IMG/VR virus record: IMGVR_UViG_3300046787_000200
Span: 288,013-352,012 of that record
DNA: 64,000 nt
Strand: one strand, 5' to 3'
Shown here: positions 1-9,839 of the stretch, in pieces
Layout of the letters: each line of letters starts with the position of its first letter
Position numbering within the stretch: the first letter of the stretch is position 1
Translations under genes and position numbers: made by a program
Notes under the pieces: model-generated
The model's input: only the letters and a program-made list of their open reading frames with translations
What the model was told of the DNA's origin: nothing
The model's database searches: none

Positions 1-358
1 TTGCTTTTGCTTTTTCTAGGAAGTCTTCGTCTGTTTCCAGTTCAATCCATTTAACATCATCCCATGCTTGATTAGGGTCTACTTTGCGTTCTTTGGCTTC
101 ATTTAAGTAATCATCTTTGAATTCAGGATTCGTCCAACGATATGGCTTATCAAAGCGTTCGTCATCAGGCCAGACACCTCGTTTAATAGATGCGTCTGCT
201 TGGTATACAGTTTGATCGATTGTACTATACAATATAGAAACGTGAGCATACTCACTTTCATAATCCAGGAATCGTGCATCAGGAAAACAGTTCCAATGAT
301 AATCAGAGCCACCGGTGATTTGGTGACTCAATGCTTCGTTAATCTGGTTCAATTTCAT
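1..358 (-). CDS. Hypothetical phage protein, runs off the window (MKLNQINEALSHQITGGSDYHWNCF...)
   Basis: Open frame from ATG at 358 to the window edge; overlaps the stop of 339..569; absent from the ORF track because it has no stop in the window. Confidence 0.75.
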   Translation of the reverse strand, partial: MKLNQINEALSHQITGGSDYHWNCFPDARFLDYESEYAHVSILYSTIDQTVYQADASIKRGVWPDDERFDKPYRWTNPEFKDDYLNEAKERKVDPNQAWDDVKWIELETDEDFLEKAKA

Positions 359-569
359 TTTCTTCTTTCAACAAGGTTTTACAATTGTCAATAACATTTT
401 TTGGAAATTCGTGTGAATTTTTTACAATTAATTCACATCTATAATTAAGTGTAATGATTGGTTGAGCCGACTCCTCTTCAGGAACACTTAACCAATACAA
501 TGCAAACACTATTGCTAGTATAGCAAATATTTTTTGTTTGTGCAAGTCTAAAATGTCCCAAAAGTTCAT
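339..569 (-). CDS. Small membrane-anchored hypothetical protein
   Basis: N-terminal hydrophobic helix; TATAAATA at 575-582 just upstream of ATG. Confidence 0.65.
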   Translation of the reverse strand: MNFWDILDLHKQKIFAILAIVFALYWLSVPEEESAQPIITLNYRCELIVKNSHEFPKNVIDNCKTLLKEENEIEPD

Positions 570-700
570 ATTGCTATTTATAACAATATTTGTGTCAAAA
601 ATATTATACCTCTACAATATAATAACAACTATGTGGATATGTTTCATGTAGCCACTCTAGCATCCCTTCTTCGTATGGCAACACTACTGACTTGTATTTG

Positions 701-937
701 TTAGTTATGTACCTCACGTTTTGTCCTCCCGATACGACTTTCTTTATTCCAATCGTAGGCAACACCATCAGGACATTTGCCATCTACGACACTATCCACA
801 CCGAACTTACCTACAATCTCTGTAGAGCCGTCGGTGATGGTTACAAACTCATCAACATATTTTGCCATCTCCATTGCGATATTCAGGTCCAGACTTTTAC
901 CCCTGACGTGACCATCACTATCTTTTACTAACCACAT
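701..937 (-). CDS. Hypothetical phage protein
   Basis: ORF with AAAGGA SD; tandem gene packing. Confidence 0.65.
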   Translation of the reverse strand: MWLVKDSDGHVRGKSLDLNIAMEMAKYVDEFVTITDGSTEIVGKFGVDSVVDGKCPDGVAYDWNKESRIGRTKREVHN

Positions 938-946
938 AATAATCCT

Positions 947-1255
947 TTATGCAACAATCCATTCATTGTCTTCCTTATATTCAATAGATTCAGAGCCGTC
1001 ATATTCTACTACTTTGAATAGTGTACCTTCTGGTATCCATTGTACTTCTAAATCCATCATACCTAGTTTACATATTTCTGGATACTTTAACTCCACAAAG
1101 GTTTCTAGTTCATCAAACTTTTCTTCAATAACCAATTGTGCAATTGCAGGATCAAATAATATTTCGGGTGTTTCTCCATTCCAAGTATACCAACCTGCAC
1201 CAAAGCTAGGTGAATATAATACTGCTACTTTTCCATCTACTACTAACTTGTTCAT
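947..1255 (-). CDS. Conserved hypothetical phage protein (VAVLYSPxFGAGW motif)
   Basis: ORF track; motif seen in small large-phage proteins. Confidence 0.7.
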   Translation of the reverse strand: MNKLVVDGKVAVLYSPSFGAGWYTWNGETPEILFDPAIAQLVIEEKFDELETFVELKYPEICKLGMMDLEVQWIPEGTLFKVVEYDGSESIEYKEDNEWIVA

Positions 1256-1257
1256 TA

Positions 1258-1341
1258 TTAAAATCCATCTTTTAAAAGAATCGCTAGGCCCATCACAATG
1301 ACGGGCATCATAACGATAATTAAATTTGTAATAGCTTGCAT
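1258..1341 (-). CDS. 27-aa hydrophobic peptide (MQAITNLIIVMMPVIVMGLAILLKDGF)
   Basis: AAGGAG SD; fills the gap between neighbouring genes. Confidence 0.55.
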   Translation of the reverse strand: MQAITNLIIVMMPVIVMGLAILLKDGF

Positions 1342-1352
1342 TATTTTACTCC

Positions 1353-1514
1353 TTAAGTAAATGCACCGGGCTTTTCTTCTGCACCGGATACTTTTTCACA
1401 ATCACATTCCCACATATAAAACGCTTCATAGTATCCCCTAAAATGTCGTGGTCGCATTGACACCTTACAATAAGGGCATACTGGCATTACTACTTCTTTA
1501 ACTTCTACTGTCAT
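1353..1514 (-). CDS. 53-aa putative zinc-ribbon protein (CPYC...CDC)
   Basis: AAGGAG SD; paired Cys motifs. Confidence 0.6.
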   Translation of the reverse strand: MTVEVKEVVMPVCPYCKVSMRPRHFRGYYEAFYMWECDCEKVSGAEEKPGAFT

Positions 1515-1523
1515 AATTACTCC

Positions 1524-1718
1524 TTAAAAGCAATATTCACGGACCCACTCAAAACGAGTGCTAGCAGGCACCCATCGGAATTCGCTTTTCTTGCGTTCTG
1601 CTTTTTCAAAATCAAAACATACCATAACCCAACCACGCTCGGAGGAGAAGGCCACGGTGTCTGCTGTGCGAACTACTTCAACAACTCTGTCGTTCATTTT
1701 TGCTACTGTGGTCATCAT
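1524..1718 (-). CDS. Hypothetical protein
   Basis: ORF translationally coupled to 1715..2053. Confidence 0.6.
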   Translation of the reverse strand: MMTTVAKMNDRVVEVVRTADTVAFSSERGWVMVCFDFEKAERKKSEFRWVPASTRFEWVREYCF

Positions 1719-2053
1719 TTCACTCCAAATGTGTTCAATGCGGGTTGCAATGTGTTAATCAATTCAGTCTCACGTGCGTGAGCAGGACGCTTGCCTCGAA
1801 CAACTTCTAAGGTACCAAATACAAATCGGTCAGCACCACGCTCACGCAAAGCACGACTCAAACCCCAATCTTTGTTTTCTGTCATAGCACGTTGCATGTG
1901 TTTTTGCATACGACGGGTCAATGTTTTGAATACATTACCTTTAAATGAAAGTGCGGTCAAACCAATGTAATATTCAAGTGTTACTGTATCACGGATATAG
2001 TAAATCACTTGATTACGATCAGTTCTGCGCTTACGGGCGATTTTTGAGTTCAT
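1715..2053 (-). CDS. GIY-YIG-like nuclease domain protein
   Basis: VIYYI...YYIG...R...H...E..LI...LN pattern; ATG 6 nt after a consensus -10 box (leaderless). Confidence 0.6.
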   Translation of the reverse strand: MNSKIARKRRTDRNQVIYYIRDTVTLEYYIGLTALSFKGNVFKTLTRRMQKHMQRAMTENKDWGLSRALRERGADRFVFGTLEVVRGKRPAHARETELINTLQPALNTFGVK

Positions 2054-2059
2054 AGATGA

Positions 2060-2088
2060 ATTATACGCCCAAATTGATTATTTGTCAA
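2060..2088 (-). promoter_or_regulatory. Sigma70 promoter TTGACA-17-TATAAT
   Basis: Perfect consensus hexamers with 17-nt spacer. Confidence 0.85.
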
Positions 2089-2104
2089 ATTTGGGTTGTA
2101 ATAC

Positions 2105-2311
2105 TTAAACACTACCTCTGTAGTCTGCTCTTACATACCACTCGGGAGCATAGTCTAGGTTGTTGTGTTCTTTGTTATAAGAAATAGCACGGTTGCGGGC
2201 TTCTTCCTCGTTATCGTAATACTCAGTATCCCAGTGTTTTTGACCACTGAACCGATCATACTCGGTGAACTCTACTTTATACAGACCTTTTGCTAAAGTG
2301 ACTTTTGCCAT
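2105..2311 (-). CDS. Hypothetical protein
   Basis: ORF with AAAGGA SD downstream of promoter. Confidence 0.65.
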   Translation of the reverse strand: MAKVTLAKGLYKVEFTEYDRFSGQKHWDTEYYDNEEEARNRAISYNKEHNNLDYAPEWYVRADYRGSV

Positions 2312-2352
2312 TTTGCTGTCCTTTCTCGGGGGTTACTATCTACTGTATATAC

Positions 2353-2381
2353 AGTTTAACAGAATGTCCATTTATTGTCAA
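2353..2381 (-). promoter_or_regulatory. Sigma70 promoter TTGACA-17-TAAACT
   Basis: Near consensus; shares the TTGACAATAAAT signature with the other phage promoters. Confidence 0.75.
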
Positions 2382-2494
2382 ATAATGGAAAAAATCGCTA
2401 GACGTGTATCAGTATGAGTTCCTGAATCCTCTAGCGATTTTGAAGCCCCTGAGGGTCAAAAATGAATACTTTTGTTTCTTAAAAATGTAGTACT

Positions 2495-2773
2495 TTAGTG
2501 TACTACTTCTCCTAAGCTTGTGTTCATGTAAGTTTTGATTTCTTTACGTAGGTCTTTTTCAGTATATCCTAAATCGGCTAACTCTTGTATTAATGCTACA
2601 AATAATCCATGAGTAGCAATACCGGGTATATATTCAGGATCATCATTATCATTTTCAAATTCATCTAATAATGGTAATAATGTATCATATATAAAATCAC
2701 ACGCTACTAATGCGCTTTTTTCTATTTGTTCTACTTCTTCAGCAGTATTAACCATTTTAGTTTCTTTTGTCAT
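2495..2773 (-). CDS. Acidic hypothetical protein (likely start MTKETK)
   Basis: ORF track 2495..2803; ATG at 2773 avoids overlap and follows AGGTG. Confidence 0.6.
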   Translation of the reverse strand: MTKETKMVNTAEEVEQIEKSALVACDFIYDTLLPLLDEFENDNDDPEYIPGIATHGLFVALIQELADLGYTEKDLRKEIKTYMNTSLGEVVH

Positions 2774-2774
2774 A

Positions 2775-3224
2775 TTATTCACCTGATTTAGTATTATATT
2801 CATAATTAACAGTTTCTATATTCTCACGGAATATAATAGCACCATTTTTTAAATGAAAGCGTCTTGCTAATTCTGTTTTAGGACTTAATGTTACAAATCT
2901 ATTTACACTAGGATATTGCTCCTGAATACCTTTTACCGCTTGTATCAATAAATCACGACCTTTACCGGCTTTATAACTCCATATAGTATAAAATACAGCA
3001 GTAGTTGGAACCTCAGATACATTAGATAAATCATCTACCCCAGCCGGAACAAAATCATGGAAACTAACACATACCATTGCATCAGGATCATCTTCATTAC
3101 TTGCTAATGCGGCAACCATTCTACCATCACTAACTCTAAAATCAGTAGGTATCTCTGGTCGTACTGGATCATCTTTGATGAAGTTTAATAGTTTGTGTGT
3201 TAGGTCTGTAATGAAGTGTAGCAT
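2775..3224 (-). CDS. Conserved phage protein, possible GNAT-like fold
   Basis: AVFYTIWSY..GKGRDL...A..FH.KNG pattern resembles acetyltransferase motifs A/B. Confidence 0.55.
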   Translation of the reverse strand: MLHFITDLTHKLLNFIKDDPVRPEIPTDFRVSDGRMVAALASNEDDPDAMVCVSFHDFVPAGVDDLSNVSEVPTTAVFYTIWSYKAGKGRDLLIQAVKGIQEQYPSVNRFVTLSPKTELARRFHLKNGAIIFRENIETVNYEYNTKSGE

Positions 3225-3299
3225 GATGGGTGTTCTCTTTTTTGTATTTATACAAGATTGTAAATATACGCTTATTTAGTTTACCTACTAAATATTATC

Positions 3300-4187
3300 A
3301 TGTCAGAAATATTACAATGGTCAACTGGTTTGAATGGGTACAAAAAACATTCCCTACATAACAATCATTTTACTACAGAATTGACCGAATGTCAATTTGA
3401 AAAGGGTAGGAACATTGATGATATTTTTGTCGACCATTTAATTGATAAACCCAATAATCCTGTCGAATTACTATATAGTGGTGGATTAGATAGTGAGTTA
3501 GTTCTTATGTCATTGTTACGTAATAAGATACCAGTAGAAGCAATGACAATGGTTATTACTATTAAGGGTGCAATACTAAATGTAGTGGATCTTTATTACT
3601 CTGAAAAATTCTGTAGGGAAAATAACGTCAAACAAAATCTATTCTACTTTGATGCTATTGATTTCTATGAGAGCGGTAAGTATTTAGAATATGCAATACC
3701 ATTCAACATTATTGAACCTCATGTACCTAGTCACCTGTGGCTTATTGATCAGTGTCATAATTATCCTATAATAGGAGGAGATTGGCCTTGGCTACAAGTT
3801 GAAAAGAAAGTATTGAGTCCATTCAAATTATCATTTAGTAGTTATGAAAGATTTATGCAATCTAAAGGCATACCCGGTATAGGTAATATGATAAGCCACA
3901 GTTTTGAATCTAGTTATTACTTTATAAATGAACATATAAAGGCACATGAAAAGGATATTGATAGTTTTCACACAGTACCATTTTTAAAACATAAAATGTA
4001 CGGAACCAATGAACCTAGAATTAAAAGTTATGGTTGGGAACAATGTCCTATACAACTGTTCAACATAACTAAATACAAGGTAGAATTATTAAAAAGAGCA
4101 CATGCTCAGAAGTCAAGTATAATTTGGGGTGATCAAATATCTCAACTTATAGAATCAGCAACTAATACAAATTCACGTTTTATATGA
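3300..4187 (+). CDS. PP-loop (adenine nucleotide alpha-hydrolase) family protein
   Basis: LLYSGGLDSE motif. Confidence 0.7.
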   Translation: MSEILQWSTGLNGYKKHSLHNNHFTTELTECQFEKGRNIDDIFVDHLIDKPNNPVELLYSGGLDSELVLMSLLRNKIPVEAMTMVITIKGAILNVVDLYYSEKFCRENNVKQNLFYFDAIDFYESGKYLEYAIPFNIIEPHVPSHLWLIDQCHNYPIIGGDWPWLQVEKKVLSPFKLSFSSYERFMQSKGIPGIGNMISHSFESSYYFINEHIKAHEKDIDSFHTVPFLKHKMYGTNEPRIKSYGWEQCPIQLFNITKYKVELLKRAHAQKSSIIWGDQISQLIESATNTNSRFI

Positions 4188-4759
4188 ATACATACGAATC
4201 ATTTTCACATAGTCTTATTGCCAGTAAATTATGGTTATGTGAACACCTAGAAAATACGTTAGACAATGAAAATATAATTAACCCATCAGTTAATATTTTA
4301 GCAAGTTGGGATAGTTTATTAGCATTTATGTTATTAACTAGACGGCCCAAATACTATGGAGTTGTTAATGCATATGACATGGATTCTATGTCAACTGAAA
4401 ATGCAAATAAGATTTGTGATTATTGGAAGTTTGAATATCCAAAAGTATACAATCATACTAAAGATATAAACACACTTGACTTTAATAACACCGGCAGCGA
4501 ATCTATTTTTATAAATTGTAGTATAGATCAAATAGACGGTACTGCCTGGTATGATAGTATACCTAAGGGAAGACTAGTTTGCTTTCAGACTACTGATTTA
4601 CCAACATCTACTTCTGAATGGCACATAAAGCAGAGTTATAATAACTTAACAGACTTTACCGAGACTTATAAAGTAAGTAGATTAATTTACTGCGATTCTA
4701 TTATGTTCAAGTACAATCATTTGACTTTTAAACGTCACATGATGATCGGTATCAAGTAA
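4184..4759 (+). CDS. SAM-dependent methyltransferase-like protein
   Basis: Degenerate motif I (ILASW), YDMD, INCS, C-terminal RHMMIG. Confidence 0.55.
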   Translation: MNTYESFSHSLIASKLWLCEHLENTLDNENIINPSVNILASWDSLLAFMLLTRRPKYYGVVNAYDMDSMSTENANKICDYWKFEYPKVYNHTKDINTLDFNNTGSESIFINCSIDQIDGTAWYDSIPKGRLVCFQTTDLPTSTSEWHIKQSYNNLTDFTETYKVSRLIYCDSIMFKYNHLTFKRHMMIGIK

Positions 4760-5942
4760 CATCTTTCAGGTAGTATTTTTTAGCAAAGCAACCTAGTGTA
4801 CCCTGATATGGATCTTCTTTATTAAAAATAGTAGCATAATGAGTTTTTAAGTAAACCATTGCATCATTGAAATTATGTGCAGATATCCATTTATCATCAG
4901 TGGCATTCTTTAATAGACGTTGGAAAACTTGTTCACGTCCCTCAGTCTTGTATTTACTTTTACCATTTTGAATACCTAATTTAATATTCCATGCGGCGCC
5001 TCGACCGCATGATATACAAAAGTCGTCATAATACTCACTATGACTATTACCGCAATATTCTTTTAAGAAATCACTTGTAATTTTACTAGACATTAAAACT
5101 TTATCAGGGGCAGTAATTATAAAACTGCTAGGAGTAGATCCTAACTTTGTATTGACTAATGGATCAATTTGTTCCGGCTTATATTGTACAGCAGTGCCAT
5201 ATGTTCGTTCAATATGATTTAATGTCATCCAACTTTGCTTCAAATGCAGTTTTGGCATGTCAGGAGCATAGTAGAACAATTCAATATTAGGAATATCGGT
5301 CATAAATGTTTCCATTGTTTTATCGATAACAGTAGAATAATACTTGCCGTCTTCCATTATAATACGAGGCTTATCAACACCTAGTATTATGCCATGATTA
5401 GGTTCATCCGCATGCATAATCTGTTTTACATAGAAACTAAAATTAGTTGGTTGAAAATAACCATGTATTAATGCGCTTGCTGGTTTTTCTAACCAGTCAT
5501 CACTGAAGTAATTATCAAATTCTTCGGGACCAACGTCTACTGTAGTGACTTTAGTATTTGGATATGCTTTGATAAACTCTTGTACTTGCGGATAAATCAA
5601 TCTAATCAATTCATCCTGACGCATTGGATTTGTACGTAAGTTCAATAATACTAGTTCGTCTAATGGAATATTAAAATGATAAAAGCATCGTAAAACATGA
5701 TGACTGTCACGACCTGCACTATAGAATAAGCTTAATTTTTTATAACGTTGACGCAATTGTGTACATCTGTCATAACATAATTGATCCCAAGTTTCTGTTG
5801 GTTCTACTGTCCAATCAAGTTGATCATATGCTTCTTCATAAAAATAGAAGTGTGGTTTAGTGTTTAATTTATGTGCGGCACGCCATGCATCAATTTGACT
5901 GCTCGTGCGTTGTCCGTCTACTATCCAATGTGGTAAATACAT
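4752..5942 (-). CDS. PP-loop family protein
   Basis: LFYSAGRDSH motif; GVDKP. Confidence 0.65.
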   Translation of the reverse strand: MYLPHWIVDGQRTSSQIDAWRAAHKLNTKPHFYFYEEAYDQLDWTVEPTETWDQLCYDRCTQLRQRYKKLSLFYSAGRDSHHVLRCFYHFNIPLDELVLLNLRTNPMRQDELIRLIYPQVQEFIKAYPNTKVTTVDVGPEEFDNYFSDDWLEKPASALIHGYFQPTNFSFYVKQIMHADEPNHGIILGVDKPRIIMEDGKYYSTVIDKTMETFMTDIPNIELFYYAPDMPKLHLKQSWMTLNHIERTYGTAVQYKPEQIDPLVNTKLGSTPSSFIITAPDKVLMSSKITSDFLKEYCGNSHSEYYDDFCISCGRGAAWNIKLGIQNGKSKYKTEGREQVFQRLLKNATDDKWISAHNFNDAMVYLKTHYATIFNKEDPYQGTLGCFAKKYYLKDVT

Positions 5943-5943
5943 A

Positions 5944-6816
5944 TTATTTCTTCGCTACTGATTTTATAATATTTCTAATTTCTTCTGTTGAAATGAAAAT
6001 AGGTTGAGAATTAACTTTTTCTAATTTTTGAACAATATCATTATCTTTACCACAATGATGTATTGTTCGTATTATCATATTTTTTACATTTATATCTACT
6101 GAAGGTTGTACACTTAATATTAGTCCTAATTTCATCTTAGATAGACTAGGACTATATTTTTCAATAGATTCATGTTTATATTTCTTTGCCGTTTGTCTGT
6201 CAAATGTACTTGCAACAATATTAATTTTTTCTGCGTCTACTAGAGGTCTTGATCCAATAAAAGTATCAATAAATAAATCCAAACTTCCGTTAACTACATC
6301 AGTCAGACCTGTAATGCTATTCTTATAAGGTATAATTTGATAAGATATTTTTAGCTCCTTAAACAAATTTTCTATCAGAAAGGTACCAGATGATGACGGT
6401 GACCCGATATTAATTGCACCTTCTTTTAAATCATCTAATGATTTATATTTTCCATTTTTACCTACAATTACCAATGGAGTAGAATTCATATACGTAATTG
6501 GATTAATATCATCTACCAAATCAACATTCGGAAATTTACCTAATACATTCAATCCGAAATTCCCTAAAAGAATATTGGTCATGTTATCAGTGTCTTGTGA
6601 ATTCTGTAACGCTTTAATTGCAACTAAACCTTCGGCTCCGGGCTTGAAGTCTTTCAATACTGAAATACCTTGTTGTTTCAAACAAGGGGAATATGTTTCT
6701 AGTACTACATCAGATCCAGATCCTGGGCCACTAGATAGAATAAATTTATAGGTGTGTGTTTGGGCATTTGCTATGCCAAATGTTAATAATAGTAATGCTA
6801 ATAGTTTTTTCATCAA
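5944..6816 (-). CDS. Tripartite tricarboxylate transporter substrate-binding protein (Bug/TctC family)
   Basis: Signal peptide; PGSGSD, KPGAEG, IPYK...TDVVNG motifs. Confidence 0.75.
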   Translation of the reverse strand: MMKKLLALLLLTFGIANAQTHTYKFILSSGPGSGSDVVLETYSPCLKQQGISVLKDFKPGAEGLVAIKALQNSQDTDNMTNILLGNFGLNVLGKFPNVDLVDDINPITYMNSTPLVIVGKNGKYKSLDDLKEGAINIGSPSSSGTFLIENLFKELKISYQIIPYKNSITGLTDVVNGSLDLFIDTFIGSRPLVDAEKINIVASTFDRQTAKKYKHESIEKYSPSLSKMKLGLILSVQPSVDINVKNMIIRTIHHCGKDNDIVQKLEKVNSQPIFISTEEIRNIIKSVAKK

Positions 6817-6837
6817 ACTATTTATATTGAGAAATTG

Positions 6838-6926
6838 CTCACTTTAGATTTCCTAGTAGCGAATTAGTACGTCAAGCCAGCAGCCGGCTACACCACGGTA
6901 ACGAGTACCGGTCCTAAGGTGTGTTC
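6838..6926 (-). ncRNA. Candidate structured RNA of unknown class
   Basis: GC-rich intergenic stretch with nested stems ACACC/GGTGT, CGGTA/TACCG, AGCCGGC/GCTGGCT and a possible TTCGCT/AGTGAG pairing. Confidence 0.4.
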
Positions 6927-7616
6927 TTACCAAGATGCAACTGCATCATATAAATTATGTTGATCAAATCTTTTTAACCTGTTTATAAATTCATTTGTTT
7001 TCTCTGTCATAACACCTGTTAATTGCAAGGTCACTCTTGGGTTATGTCCTGCATTTGCAGTGCTATGTGGTAGATTTTGCCAATCAAATGTTGTCACATC
7101 CCCGGCATGCCACTGTGTATGCACATGATTACCATAACTCCAAAAATGACCTTGCTCCCAATCAGTTAACTGTATCATTACACGTAGTACTTTCCATGGT
7201 TCTTCAGGAGCCCATTTCTGCAATTTATCTATATGTAAATTCCATACTTCTCCTGGCATTTGAACATGCACACGTTCCATGCAATCGTCTAATGCAAATA
7301 ATCTACTGACTTCTTGCATAGCAGGAGTTAGTTTCCAATTCAAATGAGTGATAATAATTTTAGGATCTACACCTGCACGTTGTAAATCATATTCTTCTGC
7401 AATCAAATCTTCACGTGGTGGCAATACACCCTCACCTTTATAACCACGTGTTTCCCATGTTGCCGGCTTGGAAGTTTTAATTATCTCACTAATATCATTT
7501 TTCCAATCATGTACGATTCTACCAAATCTTATTACTTTATCAACTTGAGGATCATTCTTAAAATTATCAAAATGATAATTACTTTTTGCTTTTGTTGTAT
7601 CCCAACTACTTATCAT
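6927..7616 (-). CDS. 2OG-Fe(II) oxygenase/cupin-like protein
   Basis: HxD (LHIDK)...H (PHSTAN)...R.TLQ. Confidence 0.65.
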   Translation of the reverse strand: MISSWDTTKAKSNYHFDNFKNDPQVDKVIRFGRIVHDWKNDISEIIKTSKPATWETRGYKGEGVLPPREDLIAEEYDLQRAGVDPKIIITHLNWKLTPAMQEVSRLFALDDCMERVHVQMPGEVWNLHIDKLQKWAPEEPWKVLRVMIQLTDWEQGHFWSYGNHVHTQWHAGDVTTFDWQNLPHSTANAGHNPRVTLQLTGVMTEKTNEFINRLKRFDQHNLYDAVASW

Positions 7617-8245
7617 ATTTTATCCTTTATTCCACTTACTTTTCTAACAAGATTATCCAACTCTTGTCGCTCTATCTCATTAAAATATTTTTCATTTGCA
7701 TCGTCTTTAAGTATCTCAAATACTCTAGGATCATCATATGCTATTGGAAAATCTAATTGCTTCGATAAACTATGTATATACTTATCTTTATACAAATATA
7801 ACAGTTCCTGACTTATGTATACTGGATCAAATGTTGTTAAATATTCTAGTGATTCATCAAAGTCAGGTAAACTTATTCTATCTCTAACTCTTTGTTGTTG
7901 ATATTTAAGAACATTTTGATCTCTACCAATAATCGCTACCTTGACTTTAAAGTTGAATTTTTGTAATGTTTCAATAAATTCTTTATATTTGGGGATAGTG
8001 ACTACTCCGTTATTGGCGTATGGACAACTAATGCTAGTGACGTAATACTTATTATTTGACCAATCAATACTATGTAATAAGCTAGGTGTGCCCCAACAGT
8101 CACTAAATGGTTCATGGTCATGTGCTATCCAATATTGATTAAGTAGTTCTTTCCAACCATATACATCTGGGTGCAATGCAAAGATTTTACTAAACACATG
8201 ATTACCTGACCCTTGCGGGCCAGTAATGATTAACATTTCTTTCAT
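7613..8245 (-). CDS. P-loop sulfotransferase-like protein
   Basis: IITGPQGSGN...LHP; IIGRD. Confidence 0.6.
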   Translation of the reverse strand: MKEMLIITGPQGSGNHVFSKIFALHPDVYGWKELLNQYWIAHDHEPFSDCWGTPSLLHSIDWSNNKYYVTSISCPYANNGVVTIPKYKEFIETLQKFNFKVKVAIIGRDQNVLKYQQQRVRDRISLPDFDESLEYLTTFDPVYISQELLYLYKDKYIHSLSKQLDFPIAYDDPRVFEILKDDANEKYFNEIERQELDNLVRKVSGIKDKI

Positions 8246-8862
8246 ATTACAGTAACCCTTACGTCTGATGCTCCGTAATCTTGGTAATATTCACTAGGGG
8301 GCAATTCAATGTTTAACATTTTACATAGCATATGATTAGTTAGTGGCAACTTACTTGGATACTTATATGTTGCTTTGATAATGCCTTGATTCTGTTCTTT
8401 AATCTTAGTAGCCATTACTTTCAAATTCTGATAGTATTCGCTATAGTCAGGATATGTGATATCAAAATGACCACACTTGACCCACCATCCTAAACAAGCA
8501 TCATCTGGACGATGTACTAATACAATAGGACAATCAGGCCATGTTTCTTTGATAAAATCAATATGATTACTGAAAACATGAGACTTGATGATGCGAACAC
8601 CTTCACCGGTGAATGCTTCATCAAAGTCTTGCTCTAGTTGTTCTTTAGTATACATAGGCATTCTATGTAGATACTTACCAAACTCCATGCCAGGATCATA
8701 GTATGCACCTAAGTGCATTAAATCTACTTTGCCGCTAGCGTCATGGTAATATGTTCTAGTATCACTGTAGTCTGATTGATCAACATTAGGACTATAGTAG
8801 ATATTTTTTACAACACTGCTCCACTTAGAGCCGGGAGCGCCGGCTACAAAGATATATTTCAA
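8242..8862 (-). CDS. P-loop sulfotransferase-like protein
   Basis: FVAGAPGSKW, IIKSH, LVHRP. Confidence 0.55.
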   Translation of the reverse strand: MKYIFVAGAPGSKWSSVVKNIYYSPNVDQSDYSDTRTYYHDASGKVDLMHLGAYYDPGMEFGKYLHRMPMYTKEQLEQDFDEAFTGEGVRIIKSHVFSNHIDFIKETWPDCPIVLVHRPDDACLGWWVKCGHFDITYPDYSEYYQNLKVMATKIKEQNQGIIKATYKYPSKLPLTNHMLCKMLNIELPPSEYYQDYGASDVRVTVI

Positions 8863-8864
8863 GT

Positions 8865-9839
8865 TTATTCCTTACTTAAATCTATCTTACTTAGTACAGG
8901 AATAAAGGCTGCTCGTAATTCATCCATATGCTTCTTTAGTCCTGCAGGATTTAATTCATCTTCAGCATAGAAAATAACATTAGCATCAGTATATTCTTTA
9001 TATTCTGCACTACGAACTGCTTTACTAAATTGTTGTTGGTACCATTCAACAATATCTTTATTGGTTCCGGGTGGCAATTGAATACTCCATGCGGCATATA
9101 CATTGATACCCGGAGCTACATCACGCAACAATGGTACTTTGGGGAATTGCGGCATTTTTTGTGTACCGGTAAATCCGATTGGTTTAACTTTACCTGCATC
9201 TACTAATGCTTTAGCGACAGCAATTGGCATGATACCAAACTCAGTACCAGTCTTACCATCAAAACTAGCTACACTTTGTACTGCTGGCTGCGGTCCATTA
9301 AATTTGATAGGCTTTACTGTGTCTTTGTTACCGTTACCTTTAGACATTAGATATTCAAATGCAGTACGATGTGCTCCGCCGCCTATAGCAATATTAATAG
9401 TTCTACCACTTTGGATATACTTGACAAACTCTTGGGGAGTATTGATTCCACTCTTTAGACTAGCAACCAATACTAATGGACTCTTACCCATAGTTAATAC
9501 GTCAACGAAACTGTCATAGTTATATTTCTTAATGTTCTTTTCCCAAATATCATTAGTTACATATGAACTCATATGACTTGGTAAGTTGATAGTATGCCCA
9601 TCATTTGTTGCTTCCAAGAATTTGTTGTTTGCAATTACAGAATCAGCACCCGGGATGTTTTGCACAACATACACAAACTTTGGATTTGATTTCTGTACGA
9701 TATCAGCTAGTTTTCTGAATGCCATTTCATTCCCTGCGCCTGGTGTATTACCTATGATAACAGTTACGGGTTTTGTTGGTTCCCATGCATGGGCTGTTAT
9801 ACTTAATGTTAATGCTAACAATGCTAAAAGTTTTTTCAT
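8865..9839 (-). CDS. Tripartite tricarboxylate transporter substrate-binding protein (Bug/TctC family)
   Basis: Signal peptide, WEPTKPVTVII..PGAG, NIPGA, DGHT, GKVKPIG, PKVP. Confidence 0.85.
   Translation of the reverse strand: MKKLLALLALTLSITAHAWEPTKPVTVIIGNTPGAGNEMAFRKLADIVQKSNPKFVYVVQNIPGADSVIANNKFLEATNDGHTINLPSHMSSYVTNDIWEKNIKKYNYDSFVDVLTMGKSPLVLVASLKSGINTPQEFVKYIQSGRTINIAIGGGAHRTAFEYLMSKGNGNKDTVKPIKFNGPQPAVQSVASFDGKTGTEFGIMPIAVAKALVDAGKVKPIGFTGTQKMPQFPKVPLLRDVAPGINVYAAWSIQLPPGTNKDIVEWYQQQFSKAVRSAEYKEYTDANVIFYAEDELNPAGLKKHMDELRAAFIPVLSKIDLSKE

Noticed and set aside
103-312. 69-aa hydrophobic ORF in the track
   Set aside because: Lies out of frame within a longer, better-started minus-strand ORF (358 to the window edge).
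2390-2495. Inverted repeat AAAATCGCTAGA/TCTAGCGATTTT
   Set aside because: Single copy with a large loop; could be a terminator or protein-binding site, but nothing supports a specific call.
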